Assembly (NCBI GenBank): GCA_000165345.1
Contig: CM000434.1
Location: 768,001 to 832,000, forward strand
Reading direction: 5' to 3'
DNA: 64,000 nucleotides
The notes beneath the pieces were generated by a model, which searched no databases, was not told the DNA's origin, and saw only the letters and a program-made list of their open reading frames with translations. Positions 20,515 to 31,323 of the stretch are shown piece after piece (position 1 is the first letter of the stretch; the number at the start of each line of letters is the position of its first letter). The translations under genes and the position numbers were made by a program.

Positions 20515-20612
20515 TTGTTTGCATGCACTAAAAGTTGTTCTTGCATGTGCTTGTCCACATGCTGACACGTGTACTATGTTTTCTTATACCGGCATTTGCA
20601 TGCACGCACTTG
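20515..20612. promoter_or_regulatory. GCATGC(A)-box cluster in the 1.07-kb divergent region between eRF1 (-) and PI4K (+)
   Basis: TTTGCATGCAC, TTGCATGTGC and TTTGCATGCACGCAC lie within 100 nt. A TGGCGCG (20381) and a TATACCGG (20586) sit nearby. GCATGC-type boxes are described as over-represented Cryptosporidium upstream motifs (G-box/AP2-like). Confidence 0.45.
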
Positions 20613-21248
20613 TGTATGAAGAAAAAAAATTATGACACGTATCAAAATAATTTACTAAAAATAAAAATTAAAGTGTGAATAGTTTGTGTTTTAGATTTAA
20701 TTTGGTTATTTTTTTCCTTTAAAAATTATATAGTCAATTATTTCAAGAGTTTTATAATTGATTAAGATATGTAGAAAAAAGAGAAATTGTGTAAAGAAGG
20801 AAATAAAGACATTAGAAGAATATAAAAGGGATGATGGCCAGTTCAGAATTATCAATAAGGTAAAATAATTTACGAAATAAAAGTAAGCACATTTCAATAA
20901 ATAGTAAAATATAAATAAAATAAATTTTTTTTTTCTCCAAATAGCATAATATATTTTTTATGCCTTTTAAGAGGAAGAACTTTATATGGAGTGTGGGGGG
21001 AAGATCAAAAAATATGCTCTGAAAAAAAGAAAAAATTGAATTAAGAAAAAATTATTATAAAACCAGTCAAATAAATAAAAATACATGAAATAAATATAAT
21101 TCCAGAATAATATTAGTAATTAGAAACTTTTTAAGTCAAACTATTGACTCACAGATATATGATGATCATACAGCAATTGGCTATATGTGAAAACTATTAG
21201 AGTAAACTTAATATTAATTTCATTTTAAGAACTCTATGAAAATCCAAA

Positions 21249-24200
21249 ATGAGTTGTGGGAATAAGTACTTTTGGAATTTGGAAGGGCGTGATCCTGCAT
21301 TAGCTTTATTGGACTTATTTGAAAATGGTAAAAAATATAATTCTTTGGAAACATTAGTGGATTTCTTATCAAAAAACATTGTTTTGCTTGAAAACATGAA
21401 AAACAACTCAAATTCTAAAAAGGAAGGCTTATTCAATTTCTTATTTTTGTTTCAAAAGCTTAATGGAAGACCAACGGAAAATGAGAATCTAGAGCCCGTA
21501 CCATTACTCTCTTTAGATTTGAAGCTTGCAGATACAATACTTGTGCAGAAAGCTCTATTAAAGGATCTAGTATTTCTACTAGGCAACAGAGAGTTTGATG
21601 TATTTAGGAGACTATATAGTCTTTTAATCAAATTTGCTCCTTTAGATTTGAAGGATCTAATCAGCATTGAAAAGAATCATGGTTCAATGATATGTATTTA
21701 TTTCACAATTTATTTTTCCATATTGTTGAATATATTTGGATACGAGAATATTGGAGAATTTAGAAAAGGAGAGGAAATTGAGGAGCTAAAATTAAATTGG
21801 ATTAATAAATTTGTTTCTCAAATAAATGATTTACTGGATTACTTTATTGATAAGAAAACCAATCTTTTGAGAATTACGGATATTAACAATGACTGCTTAA
21901 TACTAATCTTTGCATTAATCCTTTATTTGATAATTTCTATTATCGATATAGGAAGTGATAAGATGACTGAATTTAAATTAGTAATCATAAAATTAATAAA
22001 GATTCAGCTAAGTAATTTAATGTTCAATTATTGGTATTTGAAGATTCTATTGATTATTATTGAAAGAATTGGCATGGATTTGACAGTTTCTGAATTAGTA
22101 TTGGTTGTTCTTCAATATCAAAAATTCATTGGTGAACAATCTATTAAGATAGAAAATAATAGTTTCGACAAATCAATGAATAAATTGGGAGTATTTGAAG
22201 TTCATATTGTTACTCACTTATGTAGAACATGGGTGGTTAAAGAAATAACTCTCAAAAAACAGCTTATGGAGTTTGTTGAACAATTTATTTTTACATATGG
22301 AAAATTGAAAGAAAAGAAATTTGATGATTATTTTTTGAAAAAAGAAGATGATTTATCAATGTTGGATCCGATTAATATTGTCTTTATAAAGTTAGTAAGC
22401 TTGTTTTCCAAAGCATTTGGAGTTTTTATGACGGGAATTGATAAAGAAGAATACAAAAATAAAGAAATGTCAGATTCAAAAGAAATTGACAGTCTGGTTC
22501 TGCTTAATTTATTGGAAGAACTTCTACAAGGAAAAAGGTCCCAAAAAATATGTGGATTGATTCTATTTGATTCAATAAGAATGCTTGTCAGTGTTTTAAC
22601 AATCGTTGTTGACCATCGAAATTTTGAAAGTGAAAATTATGATATAAAGAGAGAAATTATTCAAAATGATCTTGTCATCGTTAACTTACATAAGGGAGGA
22701 TGGAATTTGAAGGCTTACAAATGCATTGACTTAATTGAAAAATTATTTGAAGTCATCACTCATTTGATTATAAGATACAAAGAAGATTATAAAGAGTTGA
22801 ACAATTCTGTTAATACAATTTCTTCTGTTTCTTCTTCATCAACAGGCTCAATATTTAAGACAACTAGTTTTGACATTTCATTATTCCTGATAGTTTGGAA
22901 AAATTATGTGACTCTAATAACAAGAAAGGAATACAGAAATGATCAAATCATACTCAATAAATCCATTCATCTTATTTCTTTATATCTTGTTAGTAGAAAA
23001 TACAAATTGGATATCCTATGTGAGATTACATTTCCAATCAGTGAATATAGTGATAATTTACCAATATTATTGGATGAAAGGTATTCTGATTTGATTGACT
23101 TATGGACCATTTTATGGAGGAATTATTTGAATGAAAACATTCATCTCTTTTACAATAAGAGAGATGAAGTAGAAAATATTTTCACAGTTCCAAATATCAA
23201 TTACTTTTTTGAGTATCTAAGAATTTTGGATCAAGTTATTACACTAAATAATGGAATCTCATCTCCGGGTTTGGCCTTAAGTGATAAAGAATCTATGCAT
23301 GCTCAGAAATTCACCACCAAGGTACTTGAACTTACTGGAATTATATCAAGTATTTTAATTTGCCACAAAATTGTTCATTCTTCTGATAGGCATAATACTC
23401 TAATGGCAATACTTTCAGCTTCAGAAAATCCTAGAATAATGTCTGAATACATTTATAAACAAGCTACTAATTCTCTTCAGTTTGACGGTGCATATATATA
23501 CAATTGTCTAAAATTCTTCAGAGAAAAATGGAGTTCCAGTATTAAAATTCGAGTATTTTCACTCATTTCAGACTTATATATTTCTATTATGAAACAGAGC
23601 CTTTTTCAGTTTATTCAATGCTTGTTAAGCAATTTTTCAGTCAGAGGAGGAATTTTTGAGAAAAGTTTTGCTCTTTTCAAAATACGTGGGATGAGAGGAA
23701 TCATTTCCGAAGAAGACTTTGAAGTTCTTCAACAAAAGTTGACAAATATTTTTTCGTACTCGAATTCTGATTTAGATGGGGACTTGACTTCATCTCTAAT
23801 TAAAAATGAGATATTTTTTGGATGCTATTCTATTGATCTCTATTACACAATAAATAATATTCAAAAAGGGTGGCAGAGTCCTTCATTATCTATTACCCCA
23901 TCTTCTCCCAAGACATTTCTAAATAAGAAAAGACACTCATCATTAATGATTACAGATTCAGAAGATGTATATTCTATTATTAACCGATTAAACCCACTAT
24001 TTGATCAACTGATCAATGATGATGATTATTTAAAGTTATTCATGGATACTGTGGGTGAAATTAGTAAATGCTACTTTTACTTTCTATTTGAAAATAAAAG
24101 TTCTGATAGTGGAGGAAGAAGCTTAATCGATCAGATCTCAAACTTTTCTACAATATTTGGTGTCAAATTTGAAGACGAAAAGTTCATGGCAAGTATGAAC

Positions 24201-27200
24201 TTAAAGAATGAGCTATTAAAGAATGTTAATTATTCCAATCCAACAGAGGAGGTGATTGTGGAGAGATTCAACTATAAATTCTATTCTCAACTAATAATCA
24301 GGATGATATACTTATGCACATGGATGATTGTGGATAATAATTATGAGTCTTATAAATCGTTATCTGATTTATTTGCTGAGAAAATACTAAATGGACTTTT
24401 TGGAATATCTAATGAAGGTGGGAATGATACATTTTCATACAAGTCCAGCCAAGGAAATGATCAATTTGATAGGTTTAAAAGTTCACTGACTGATTATTAT
24501 GTCTTAGAACACTATACAAAGTTTGTATGTATTATTTGGTCAATAATTTCCTCAATGGATCCAGAGTCTATTTTTAAGAGTTACATTAAAATTCTTGAAA
24601 GGGAATCTTTATCGTATTATCAGCTTTATATTTTACTAGTTTTTCTAATTGAAAGTTCTGACTGGTTTATTCATCATGGCTATTTCCAGCATATTAATTT
24701 ATTAAAGATATTAAGACAGGTGGAATTAATGACTTGTTTATCGTCAGCATATTTACAGGTAAAAGATGAAAATAAGGAAAAAACATCTCAAATAAACTCT
24801 TCAGACTTACACTTGAAGATTTTATTGGTTTGCTTGATTCAGAAATCGATAACAGTAGAAATATCAAAAGAAGTACCTTTAGAGTATTATAAGAAGAAAC
24901 ATCCAACAATTTCAAAGACCAATCACAATGATTTGGATATTCCACAGATAAGGATATACAAATTTAATAATAAATTTAATCAAAGAGATGCGTACATTAA
25001 TGGAGGAAGGTCGATGATAAGTACCTCATACTTCCTTTCATGCCGAATATTGCCGTATTTATGGTCATTTTATGAAAGTTACCCAACTTATAAAGATATT
25101 TATACGAGATTATTGCAATCTTCTACACAACTTACAACTTATTTGGATAATTTATGCATAAATCTATATGAAACGAAGAATTGGCAAGGAATGATGAACA
25201 ATTTCAATAATGTACATTTAGAATCTTCAGTTGAAATATATGATAACAGACTAATACCTTATAATCAATATATTGTTTTAGAGTATATTTGGGAATATTT
25301 TATTAATGGAAATACGATGATTTTAATTGAAAAATACGTCTCAGCATTGATATTTTCGATATATAGCTCAAAAAAAGTGGGATTCTTTGAAGTCTGGTTA
25401 TTATTATCTTTATGGAAGAGGTATCCAGCTAGGATATATAGACATATGATGAAGACTAGTAGCACTTGGATTGTTCCATTTTTAATGGATCATCTAATTC
25501 ACTATTCTATTTTGGTTAAAAACAATTATATCGGAATTTCTTCACCAGAGAATGATTTAATCCGCGTTTTTAATAACATTGAGTTGGAAAATACATTTTC
25601 ATTCTTGTTGTATCATTACCATCCACAATATTATCATGATAGAATGAGTGGTAAATATTTCTGGTATAATGCAAGTAGTGAGCAAGGTTATTTGAATAAG
25701 ATTAATTCTCATAATACTGAGATTAAAGGATTAGTGATGAATTGCAGATACACTCAGGGAAATCATCAATTAGTATTACAGTTCCACGATTATTTACATT
25801 ATATTGGTCATTCACTTCCATTCCCAGTGGTAATTTACTTATTAAGTAATCAATTTTCATCAGAAAAAAAGAAGTTCATGTCAAATTCACATCATTTTCA
25901 CAATTATTTCCATCATAATCTATATACAAGCACTTTAATTGTTTGGAGTTGTGTTAGGTCGTTATTATTATCTCAAGAATCTGAATGGGAGTTATTGTTA
26001 CTACAATATATGGAAATTATTAAAAGTAACAAAAGAAATAACCAGTTGGTATTAACTGGCTTGTTAGATATGGCATTAAAAAGCACAAGGTTCTCTCAAA
26101 TATTGTGTATATACACCAATAATCCTAATTCACCAATAATGAATATATTTCAAAAAAGTTTATTTAAAGAGTGTGACTTTTTATTAACTTGCAAAAGCAT
26201 GAAAAGTTCTGAGGAAAATATTGAAAGGAATGAAGAAGATCAAAATATGAATGGGAGATATGAAAAAAGAAATAGTTCAGAAATTCATGGAAAAGGTGTT
26301 ATAAATCGTCTAAGAACAGTTCAGGATAGTATGGAGGGATTGAACTTGAGAATGTCAAGTGTCTCTTCCTTGATTAATAAATGTTTTGATACTATATCAG
26401 AGACTTCAGAAAACTTGAATAGATCTAGTCTAAATATATTACAATTTGAAAATAAAAAACATTCTTTGGCAAATGTTCAGTTTTCCTTCTTTTATATACT
26501 TTGTCAGCTTGGTGAGATGGCAAAGTATAGGAATAGAAAAGAAGGAGGATTAGGTTTACCTATAGAAGAAGATGATAACCCTTCAGCTTTAATAGGAAGA
26601 TTAAATTCAAAAGAGATTGCACAATTAAAGTCAGAGATTGCTCAAGATTTATTAGCAAAGATTGAAAACGTGATACAGAGGAGGGAATACAAAAATGTTC
26701 CCTTTTTGAATACAAACATGTTAAAATCGTCTGAAAACAAAACAAAACTTTTATCAATAAAGAAGATTAACAAGCTTAAAATACTTCAAAGTGCTAAGAA
26801 TATTCCATATTTACTTTCACTACAACTAACAGATCATAATTCAGATAACCAGGACACATTAGTAGATATTCCAAAAACAGAACCTGAACAAGACTATGAA
26901 ATGACCATTAATTTGATCGTGAAATGTAATGATGATTGCCGCCAGGATGTAATAACTATGCAATACATACATGTTTTTCAAAAGATTTTTGAATTGTATA
27001 ATATTCCTGTATGGCTATACCCATATAGAATTCTACCAATGATGTTCAAGGATATTAACAATTCAGTAATATATGGAGGGATAATTGAGTTCATTGAGGA
27101 GAGCATTTCTCTACATGAGATTCATGAACTTCATTCTGAAGGTGGACTCAAAGCCTATTATGAATCTACTTTTGGTGGTAAGAATAGTCATATTAAAAGA

Positions 27201-27725
27201 TTAGAAAATGATAACAGTGTTAGTTATGAACAAGCCAGATACAATTTTATCTCAAGTTTGGCAGGATATTCTATAGCTTGTTATGTCTTGCAGATCAAAG
27301 ATCGACATAATGGAAATATTTTAATCACAAAGAATGGGCATATAATACACATTGACTATGGATTTATTTTTGATATTTCTCCAGGAAACAATTTACATTT
27401 TGAAAGAGCAGCTTTTAAGGTAACTCAGGAGATGTTAGATTTCATGGATGATCAGGTAGACTTATTTGATGATCTTTGCTTGTCTGGCTTTTTAGCTGTA
27501 AGAGAACATGCAGATTTATTGCTATCTTTAACACAGATGTTGATAAATAGTGGTATTCCATGTTTTCGTGGTGAAACAATCAAGAAACTTAAGGAAAGAT
27601 TACTGCTAAATTTTTCGCAACAGCAGGCATCAAATATATTCTCAAAGAAGATTCACTCAGCTCATAATCATATTACGACTAAAGGATATGACCTCGTACA
27701 GTTTATCCAACAGGGAATTAAGTAA
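21249..27725 (+). CDS. STT4: Phosphatidylinositol 4-kinase type III-alpha (Stt4/PI4KA-like), 2158 aa
   Basis: C-terminal PI3/PI4-kinase catalytic domain (DCRQDVITMQYIHVFQKIF...DRHNGNILI...HIDYGFIF...) ending with the PI4K-type tail ...GYDLVQFIQQGIK. The long alpha-helical N-terminal region is typical of PI4KIII-alpha. Confidence 0.8.
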   Translation: MSCGNKYFWNLEGRDPALALLDLFENGKKYNSLETLVDFLSKNIVLLENMKNNSNSKKEGLFNFLFLFQKLNGRPTENENLEPVPLLSLDLKLADTILVQKALLKDLVFLLGNREFDVFRRLYSLLIKFAPLDLKDLISIEKNHGSMICIYFTIYFSILLNIFGYENIGEFRKGEEIEELKLNWINKFVSQINDLLDYFIDKKTNLLRITDINNDCLILIFALILYLIISIIDIGSDKMTEFKLVIIKLIKIQLSNLMFNYWYLKILLIIIERIGMDLTVSELVLVVLQYQKFIGEQSIKIENNSFDKSMNKLGVFEVHIVTHLCRTWVVKEITLKKQLMEFVEQFIFTYGKLKEKKFDDYFLKKEDDLSMLDPINIVFIKLVSLFSKAFGVFMTGIDKEEYKNKEMSDSKEIDSLVLLNLLEELLQGKRSQKICGLILFDSIRMLVSVLTIVVDHRNFESENYDIKREIIQNDLVIVNLHKGGWNLKAYKCIDLIEKLFEVITHLIIRYKEDYKELNNSVNTISSVSSSSTGSIFKTTSFDISLFLIVWKNYVTLITRKEYRNDQIILNKSIHLISLYLVSRKYKLDILCEITFPISEYSDNLPILLDERYSDLIDLWTILWRNYLNENIHLFYNKRDEVENIFTVPNINYFFEYLRILDQVITLNNGISSPGLALSDKESMHAQKFTTKVLELTGIISSILICHKIVHSSDRHNTLMAILSASENPRIMSEYIYKQATNSLQFDGAYIYNCLKFFREKWSSSIKIRVFSLISDLYISIMKQSLFQFIQCLLSNFSVRGGIFEKSFALFKIRGMRGIISEEDFEVLQQKLTNIFSYSNSDLDGDLTSSLIKNEIFFGCYSIDLYYTINNIQKGWQSPSLSITPSSPKTFLNKKRHSSLMITDSEDVYSIINRLNPLFDQLINDDDYLKLFMDTVGEISKCYFYFLFENKSSDSGGRSLIDQISNFSTIFGVKFEDEKFMASMNLKNELLKNVNYSNPTEEVIVERFNYKFYSQLIIRMIYLCTWMIVDNNYESYKSLSDLFAEKILNGLFGISNEGGNDTFSYKSSQGNDQFDRFKSSLTDYYVLEHYTKFVCIIWSIISSMDPESIFKSYIKILERESLSYYQLYILLVFLIESSDWFIHHGYFQHINLLKILRQVELMTCLSSAYLQVKDENKEKTSQINSSDLHLKILLVCLIQKSITVEISKEVPLEYYKKKHPTISKTNHNDLDIPQIRIYKFNNKFNQRDAYINGGRSMISTSYFLSCRILPYLWSFYESYPTYKDIYTRLLQSSTQLTTYLDNLCINLYETKNWQGMMNNFNNVHLESSVEIYDNRLIPYNQYIVLEYIWEYFINGNTMILIEKYVSALIFSIYSSKKVGFFEVWLLLSLWKRYPARIYRHMMKTSSTWIVPFLMDHLIHYSILVKNNYIGISSPENDLIRVFNNIELENTFSFLLYHYHPQYYHDRMSGKYFWYNASSEQGYLNKINSHNTEIKGLVMNCRYTQGNHQLVLQFHDYLHYIGHSLPFPVVIYLLSNQFSSEKKKFMSNSHHFHNYFHHNLYTSTLIVWSCVRSLLLSQESEWELLLLQYMEIIKSNKRNNQLVLTGLLDMALKSTRFSQILCIYTNNPNSPIMNIFQKSLFKECDFLLTCKSMKSSEENIERNEEDQNMNGRYEKRNSSEIHGKGVINRLRTVQDSMEGLNLRMSSVSSLINKCFDTISETSENLNRSSLNILQFENKKHSLANVQFSFFYILCQLGEMAKYRNRKEGGLGLPIEEDDNPSALIGRLNSKEIAQLKSEIAQDLLAKIENVIQRREYKNVPFLNTNMLKSSENKTKLLSIKKINKLKILQSAKNIPYLLSLQLTDHNSDNQDTLVDIPKTEPEQDYEMTINLIVKCNDDCRQDVITMQYIHVFQKIFELYNIPVWLYPYRILPMMFKDINNSVIYGGIIEFIEESISLHEIHELHSEGGLKAYYESTFGGKNSHIKRLENDNSVSYEQARYNFISSLAGYSIACYVLQIKDRHNGNILITKNGHIIHIDYGFIFDISPGNNLHFERAAFKVTQEMLDFMDDQVDLFDDLCLSGFLAVREHADLLLSLTQMLINSGIPCFRGETIKKLKERLLLNFSQQQASNIFSKKIHSAHNHITTKGYDLVQFIQQGIK

Positions 27726-27836
27726 ATCAATACTTAGAGTATTTTTGGATATTATTTTCCGCACAATTTGAAGCCTCCATTTTTCCTTTAAGGAAAATAT
27801 TAACAAATTGATAAAGGTACCGAATTTCAAGATCAC

Positions 27837-27855
27837 TTGGCGCCAAGTTGGCGCC
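27837..27855. promoter_or_regulatory. Tandem E2F-type sites TTGGCGCCAAgTTGGCGCC upstream of the kinase gene
   Basis: Two adjacent TGGCGCC cores about 290 nt upstream of the 28139 ATG. Confidence 0.55.
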
Positions 27856-28138
27856 GAGAAACACTACGAGTTAATTGAGGATGTATTAAGAAAAAAAAAA
27901 GTCAGAGATAAGAGGAAGTAATTGTTATTATTATTTAATATTGCATTTATTGGATTAAAATAATTGAAATAAAGGTATCTATTATATAAATTGGAATCTA
28001 ATTAACAAAAATAAGGTATTAAATAGTGAAGGAATACCTAGTCAATATTAAGTAGACAAGGGGGGAAGGATTTGAAATAATACATAAGCTGATTTCATAA
28101 GGTAAATAGTGAATAGAATAGAAGAACTTTAGAGATAT

Positions 28139-31078
28139 ATGATAGACTCGAACCAACAACAGAATGGTTTACCTTCCACATTTTTTGGTCAGTCTGGGAT
28201 AGGGTATAAAATATGTGATCGACTTGGAGCAGGAAGCGCTTCGGTGGTTTTCAGATGTAAATCTGTGGGAAGAGTTAGAGAAGATGGAATAATGGTACCT
28301 ATTGATGAGGAATATTTTGCTGTGAAAATTATTGATATGAAGTCGATATATTTGACTCCAGATTTTATGGATAAAAAGAACAGGTTATTAGAAGAAGCAA
28401 TGATATTACACAAATTAAGACATCCAAATATTGTAAGCTTGGTTGATTTTTCTGATTCTGGTGATACATTTTACTTGGTTATGGATTTAGTTGAAGGGGG
28501 AGAGCTTTTTTACAAGATTGTAGAACATGGTTCACTATCAGAATCAAGTGCAAGATTTATATTAAAACAAGTTGTTGAAGCTTTGATATATATGCATCAA
28601 AAGGAAATAATTCACCGTGATTTGAAACCTGAGAACATTTTGATTGAAAAGTCATATCCTGGGGAGTATTTTGTAATTAAAGTAGCAGATTTTGGAGTTG
28701 CAAAGTTTTTAAGGCAAGGATATACACAAGCAAGAACTTTGGTTGGGACACCACAATATTGGGCTCCTGAGGTGTTAAGCGCCTCTAATAGTGGAGAATC
28801 TTATGGTACTGAGGCTGATTTATGGTCTTTGGGGGTCTTATTTTATGTAATGCTTGGCGGAGCTTTTCCATTTGATGAAAGAAAAGGCAATTTAGAGCGT
28901 TTAATTAGAGAAGGAAATTATCATTTCAGATATCCTCGATTTAAGAGGGTTAGTGAGCAAGCTAAGCAATTGATTAGGAGACTGTTAACAGTTGATCCAA
29001 GTCAGAGGATGACTCTTTCTGAGTTAAAAAATGATCCTTGGATGAAAATTAAGTGTGAAAATGAGCCAAATATGGCAGACATACAAGATAATATTGGCTC
29101 TCCTCTTCCTGAGAGACATGAAATCGTACTATTTAAATCAATGGAAGATGCTAATAATACAACTTTTAGCAAAGCTATTACTAAAAAAGAGACTATAAAG
29201 ATGATTGAGACAGCTGAGAATGGTAAAGGTTTTTCAATTCAAAATAAATCTATCAACTCATCAAAAACATCATCAATTATGGACATTAATAGCTTGTTAG
29301 ATCTTCAATTAAGTGTTGCATATAAGCTACATGGAATTTATATTGCTTTTAGACATAATTCAGCAATTTGTAGAGTAATTCAGCAACACATTCACAAGTG
29401 GAGAATATTACAACAAAGATCTTATATAGCAATTGGGAAGTTTAAACAAACTTGTGAATCTGTATTGGATGAACTTCCTGATTTTTTATTAGCAGTTAAC
29501 ACAAATGAGCCAAAGCTTGCAATTGAGTTGTTATCGCATGTCAAAAGTTTAGTAGATGTAACACAAAATGATGTTGAAGATATTCAAAGCTCTTACAACA
29601 ATTTTTTATTTGAATTATCCAATTTTGTGGAATCTGTGAGAGATATTAAAAGAATTACAGAGACAAGTGTTAATGCTATTCCATATGAAGCCAATAAAGA
29701 AACATACGAAACGGAAGTAAGAGATCAATCATCATCTTTAACAGGAGGTGGTAGTTCTTCAATGAATTTGGATAGAAATAAAGAAGGATTATATGATTCT
29801 CGAGCAAGGAGTGATTTTGATTCTTCTTCAATGGATATAAGTTCAAATGGCTTTAACACAAATGAAAGTGTGAGTTTTTCAAGATCCGGATCAAATATTA
29901 TGAGTAATTCAAACGGTATTGGCAATGGAATTAAAAGTGAATTTGATCCAAGTATATTTATTGGTTATAATTCAGCAAGGGATAGAGTAATAAGAAAGAT
30001 TACAGATATATTCTTAAATTCAGAAATTAATGCTTTATTTGATAATTTAGAGAATGAAGATCCAAGTTCAAAGATTACAGATATAGGTGGAGAAGGGAAT
30101 GTTACTACTATGGGGGGGGTACCGGCTGAGGAATTTAACAGTAATAATTTATCATCAGATTTATCAATACAGGTTCATGGAAAGTCTCAATTTAATCAAA
30201 ATTCATCATATATTACTACTTCTTTGGCAAGTACAAGAGACTTACTTTTAGATTTCTTGTTTCTCCCTGCTAGTATATGTAATGTTCCTCCAACAGGAGT
30301 TGAATCCCTACTACAGGAAGGAGTGGATTTTGATCTTCCAATCTTGTCAAATTTTGAAATAACACCAGAAAAACTTAATAGCTTGGGAAGAGATTATGAA
30401 GGTGGAGGTTCTTCCGGGGGTGGTTCTGTTGAAGATATGGCGAATGTTAATATGTATAGAATTGACAGAGTTCATACTAATAGCAATGGTTCAGAATTCT
30501 CATCTAAATCTGGAGCAAAGAAAATCAATTCTACAGAAAAAATAGATTCTCAAATGGCAACAGAAGAGTGTAAGAATGGTGTGGAAAATAGATTAGAAGA
30601 ATCAATGATGGGATCAATGTCTAGTGGATTTGATTCTTTCACAGAAAAAGGTGGATACGCAATTCCAGGCTCAAATTCATCTACAATTTATGAACAAAGT
30701 GTTATAAAGAGGAGGAGTGAGAATCAGCTAAAGATTTCTTACATATTGGTAAGAGTTTTGGCTCAACTTAGAATGATTGAGAGTATACTAGGAAGATGCG
30801 TAGCTTTTTGGGGTAATATGAATATTATGATAGAGAAGATTTTACAGCTAAGGCAACATGCTGAAAGACTTTTAGGGTTTACAGGAAATCCCGTATTAAG
30901 AACAAGGTTTGACGAAAGGGTTGAATCATATAGAGAATTCTGGCAAGAGTTAAGAGATATTTGTGATTCCTACCTTCGCTCATCTCAAATTAGGCAACTA
31001 AGCCTTGAGAATCAGGTTCATGAGCTGCTTGATGCCGCCTCTAAAGTGGATACAGTTTTCAATATGAATATGAAATAA
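28139..31078 (+). CDS. Ser/Thr protein kinase (CAMK-like catalytic domain) with a roughly 650 aa C-terminal extension
   Basis: GxGxxSxV...AVK, HRDLKPENILI, DFGVAK, GTPQYWAPEV and DLWSLGV subdomains. The C-terminal half is S/N/G-rich low complexity followed by a conserved-looking helical tail. Confidence 0.8.
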   Translation: MIDSNQQQNGLPSTFFGQSGIGYKICDRLGAGSASVVFRCKSVGRVREDGIMVPIDEEYFAVKIIDMKSIYLTPDFMDKKNRLLEEAMILHKLRHPNIVSLVDFSDSGDTFYLVMDLVEGGELFYKIVEHGSLSESSARFILKQVVEALIYMHQKEIIHRDLKPENILIEKSYPGEYFVIKVADFGVAKFLRQGYTQARTLVGTPQYWAPEVLSASNSGESYGTEADLWSLGVLFYVMLGGAFPFDERKGNLERLIREGNYHFRYPRFKRVSEQAKQLIRRLLTVDPSQRMTLSELKNDPWMKIKCENEPNMADIQDNIGSPLPERHEIVLFKSMEDANNTTFSKAITKKETIKMIETAENGKGFSIQNKSINSSKTSSIMDINSLLDLQLSVAYKLHGIYIAFRHNSAICRVIQQHIHKWRILQQRSYIAIGKFKQTCESVLDELPDFLLAVNTNEPKLAIELLSHVKSLVDVTQNDVEDIQSSYNNFLFELSNFVESVRDIKRITETSVNAIPYEANKETYETEVRDQSSSLTGGGSSSMNLDRNKEGLYDSRARSDFDSSSMDISSNGFNTNESVSFSRSGSNIMSNSNGIGNGIKSEFDPSIFIGYNSARDRVIRKITDIFLNSEINALFDNLENEDPSSKITDIGGEGNVTTMGGVPAEEFNSNNLSSDLSIQVHGKSQFNQNSSYITTSLASTRDLLLDFLFLPASICNVPPTGVESLLQEGVDFDLPILSNFEITPEKLNSLGRDYEGGGSSGGGSVEDMANVNMYRIDRVHTNSNGSEFSSKSGAKKINSTEKIDSQMATEECKNGVENRLEESMMGSMSSGFDSFTEKGGYAIPGSNSSTIYEQSVIKRRSENQLKISYILVRVLAQLRMIESILGRCVAFWGNMNIMIEKILQLRQHAERLLGFTGNPVLRTRFDERVESYREFWQELRDICDSYLRSSQIRQLSLENQVHELLDAASKVDTVFNMNMK

Positions 31079-31248
31079 TCCCAATATTTTGGTACGAGTG
31101 CTCTATGACTGTACCGTTGCCATTAATAAAACTACGACCACTTTTTACCTTCCTGCAATTCTAATAATAATAAATGAATAAATAATAATAGTAATTAGTG
31201 TTTATAATAGAATTAATTATTTTCTAAATTGCATAGTTTCTTTGTTTT

Positions 31249-31269
31249 GCATGCATGCATGCATGCATG
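31249..31269. repeat. (GCAT)5 / (GCATGC)n microsatellite in the convergent 3' spacer between the kinase and GCP genes
   Basis: tgcatgcatgcatgcatgcatgg. A GGCGGGAAA E2F-like half-site follows at 31283-31291. Confidence 0.8.
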
Positions 31270-31323
31270 GGACAGAAAAATAGGCGGGAAACAAGTTATA
31301 ATAAGAATTATTAAAGATTTACA

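Noticed and set aside
20294-21436. ORFs 20294-20635 (+), 20706-20897 (-), 21197-21436 (-) and 21452-21667 (-) in the eRF1/PI4K spacer
   Set aside because: The listed starts are non-ATG, and the ORFs span GCATGC/E2F promoter elements or overlap the PI4K 5' end. More parsimonious as promoter DNA.
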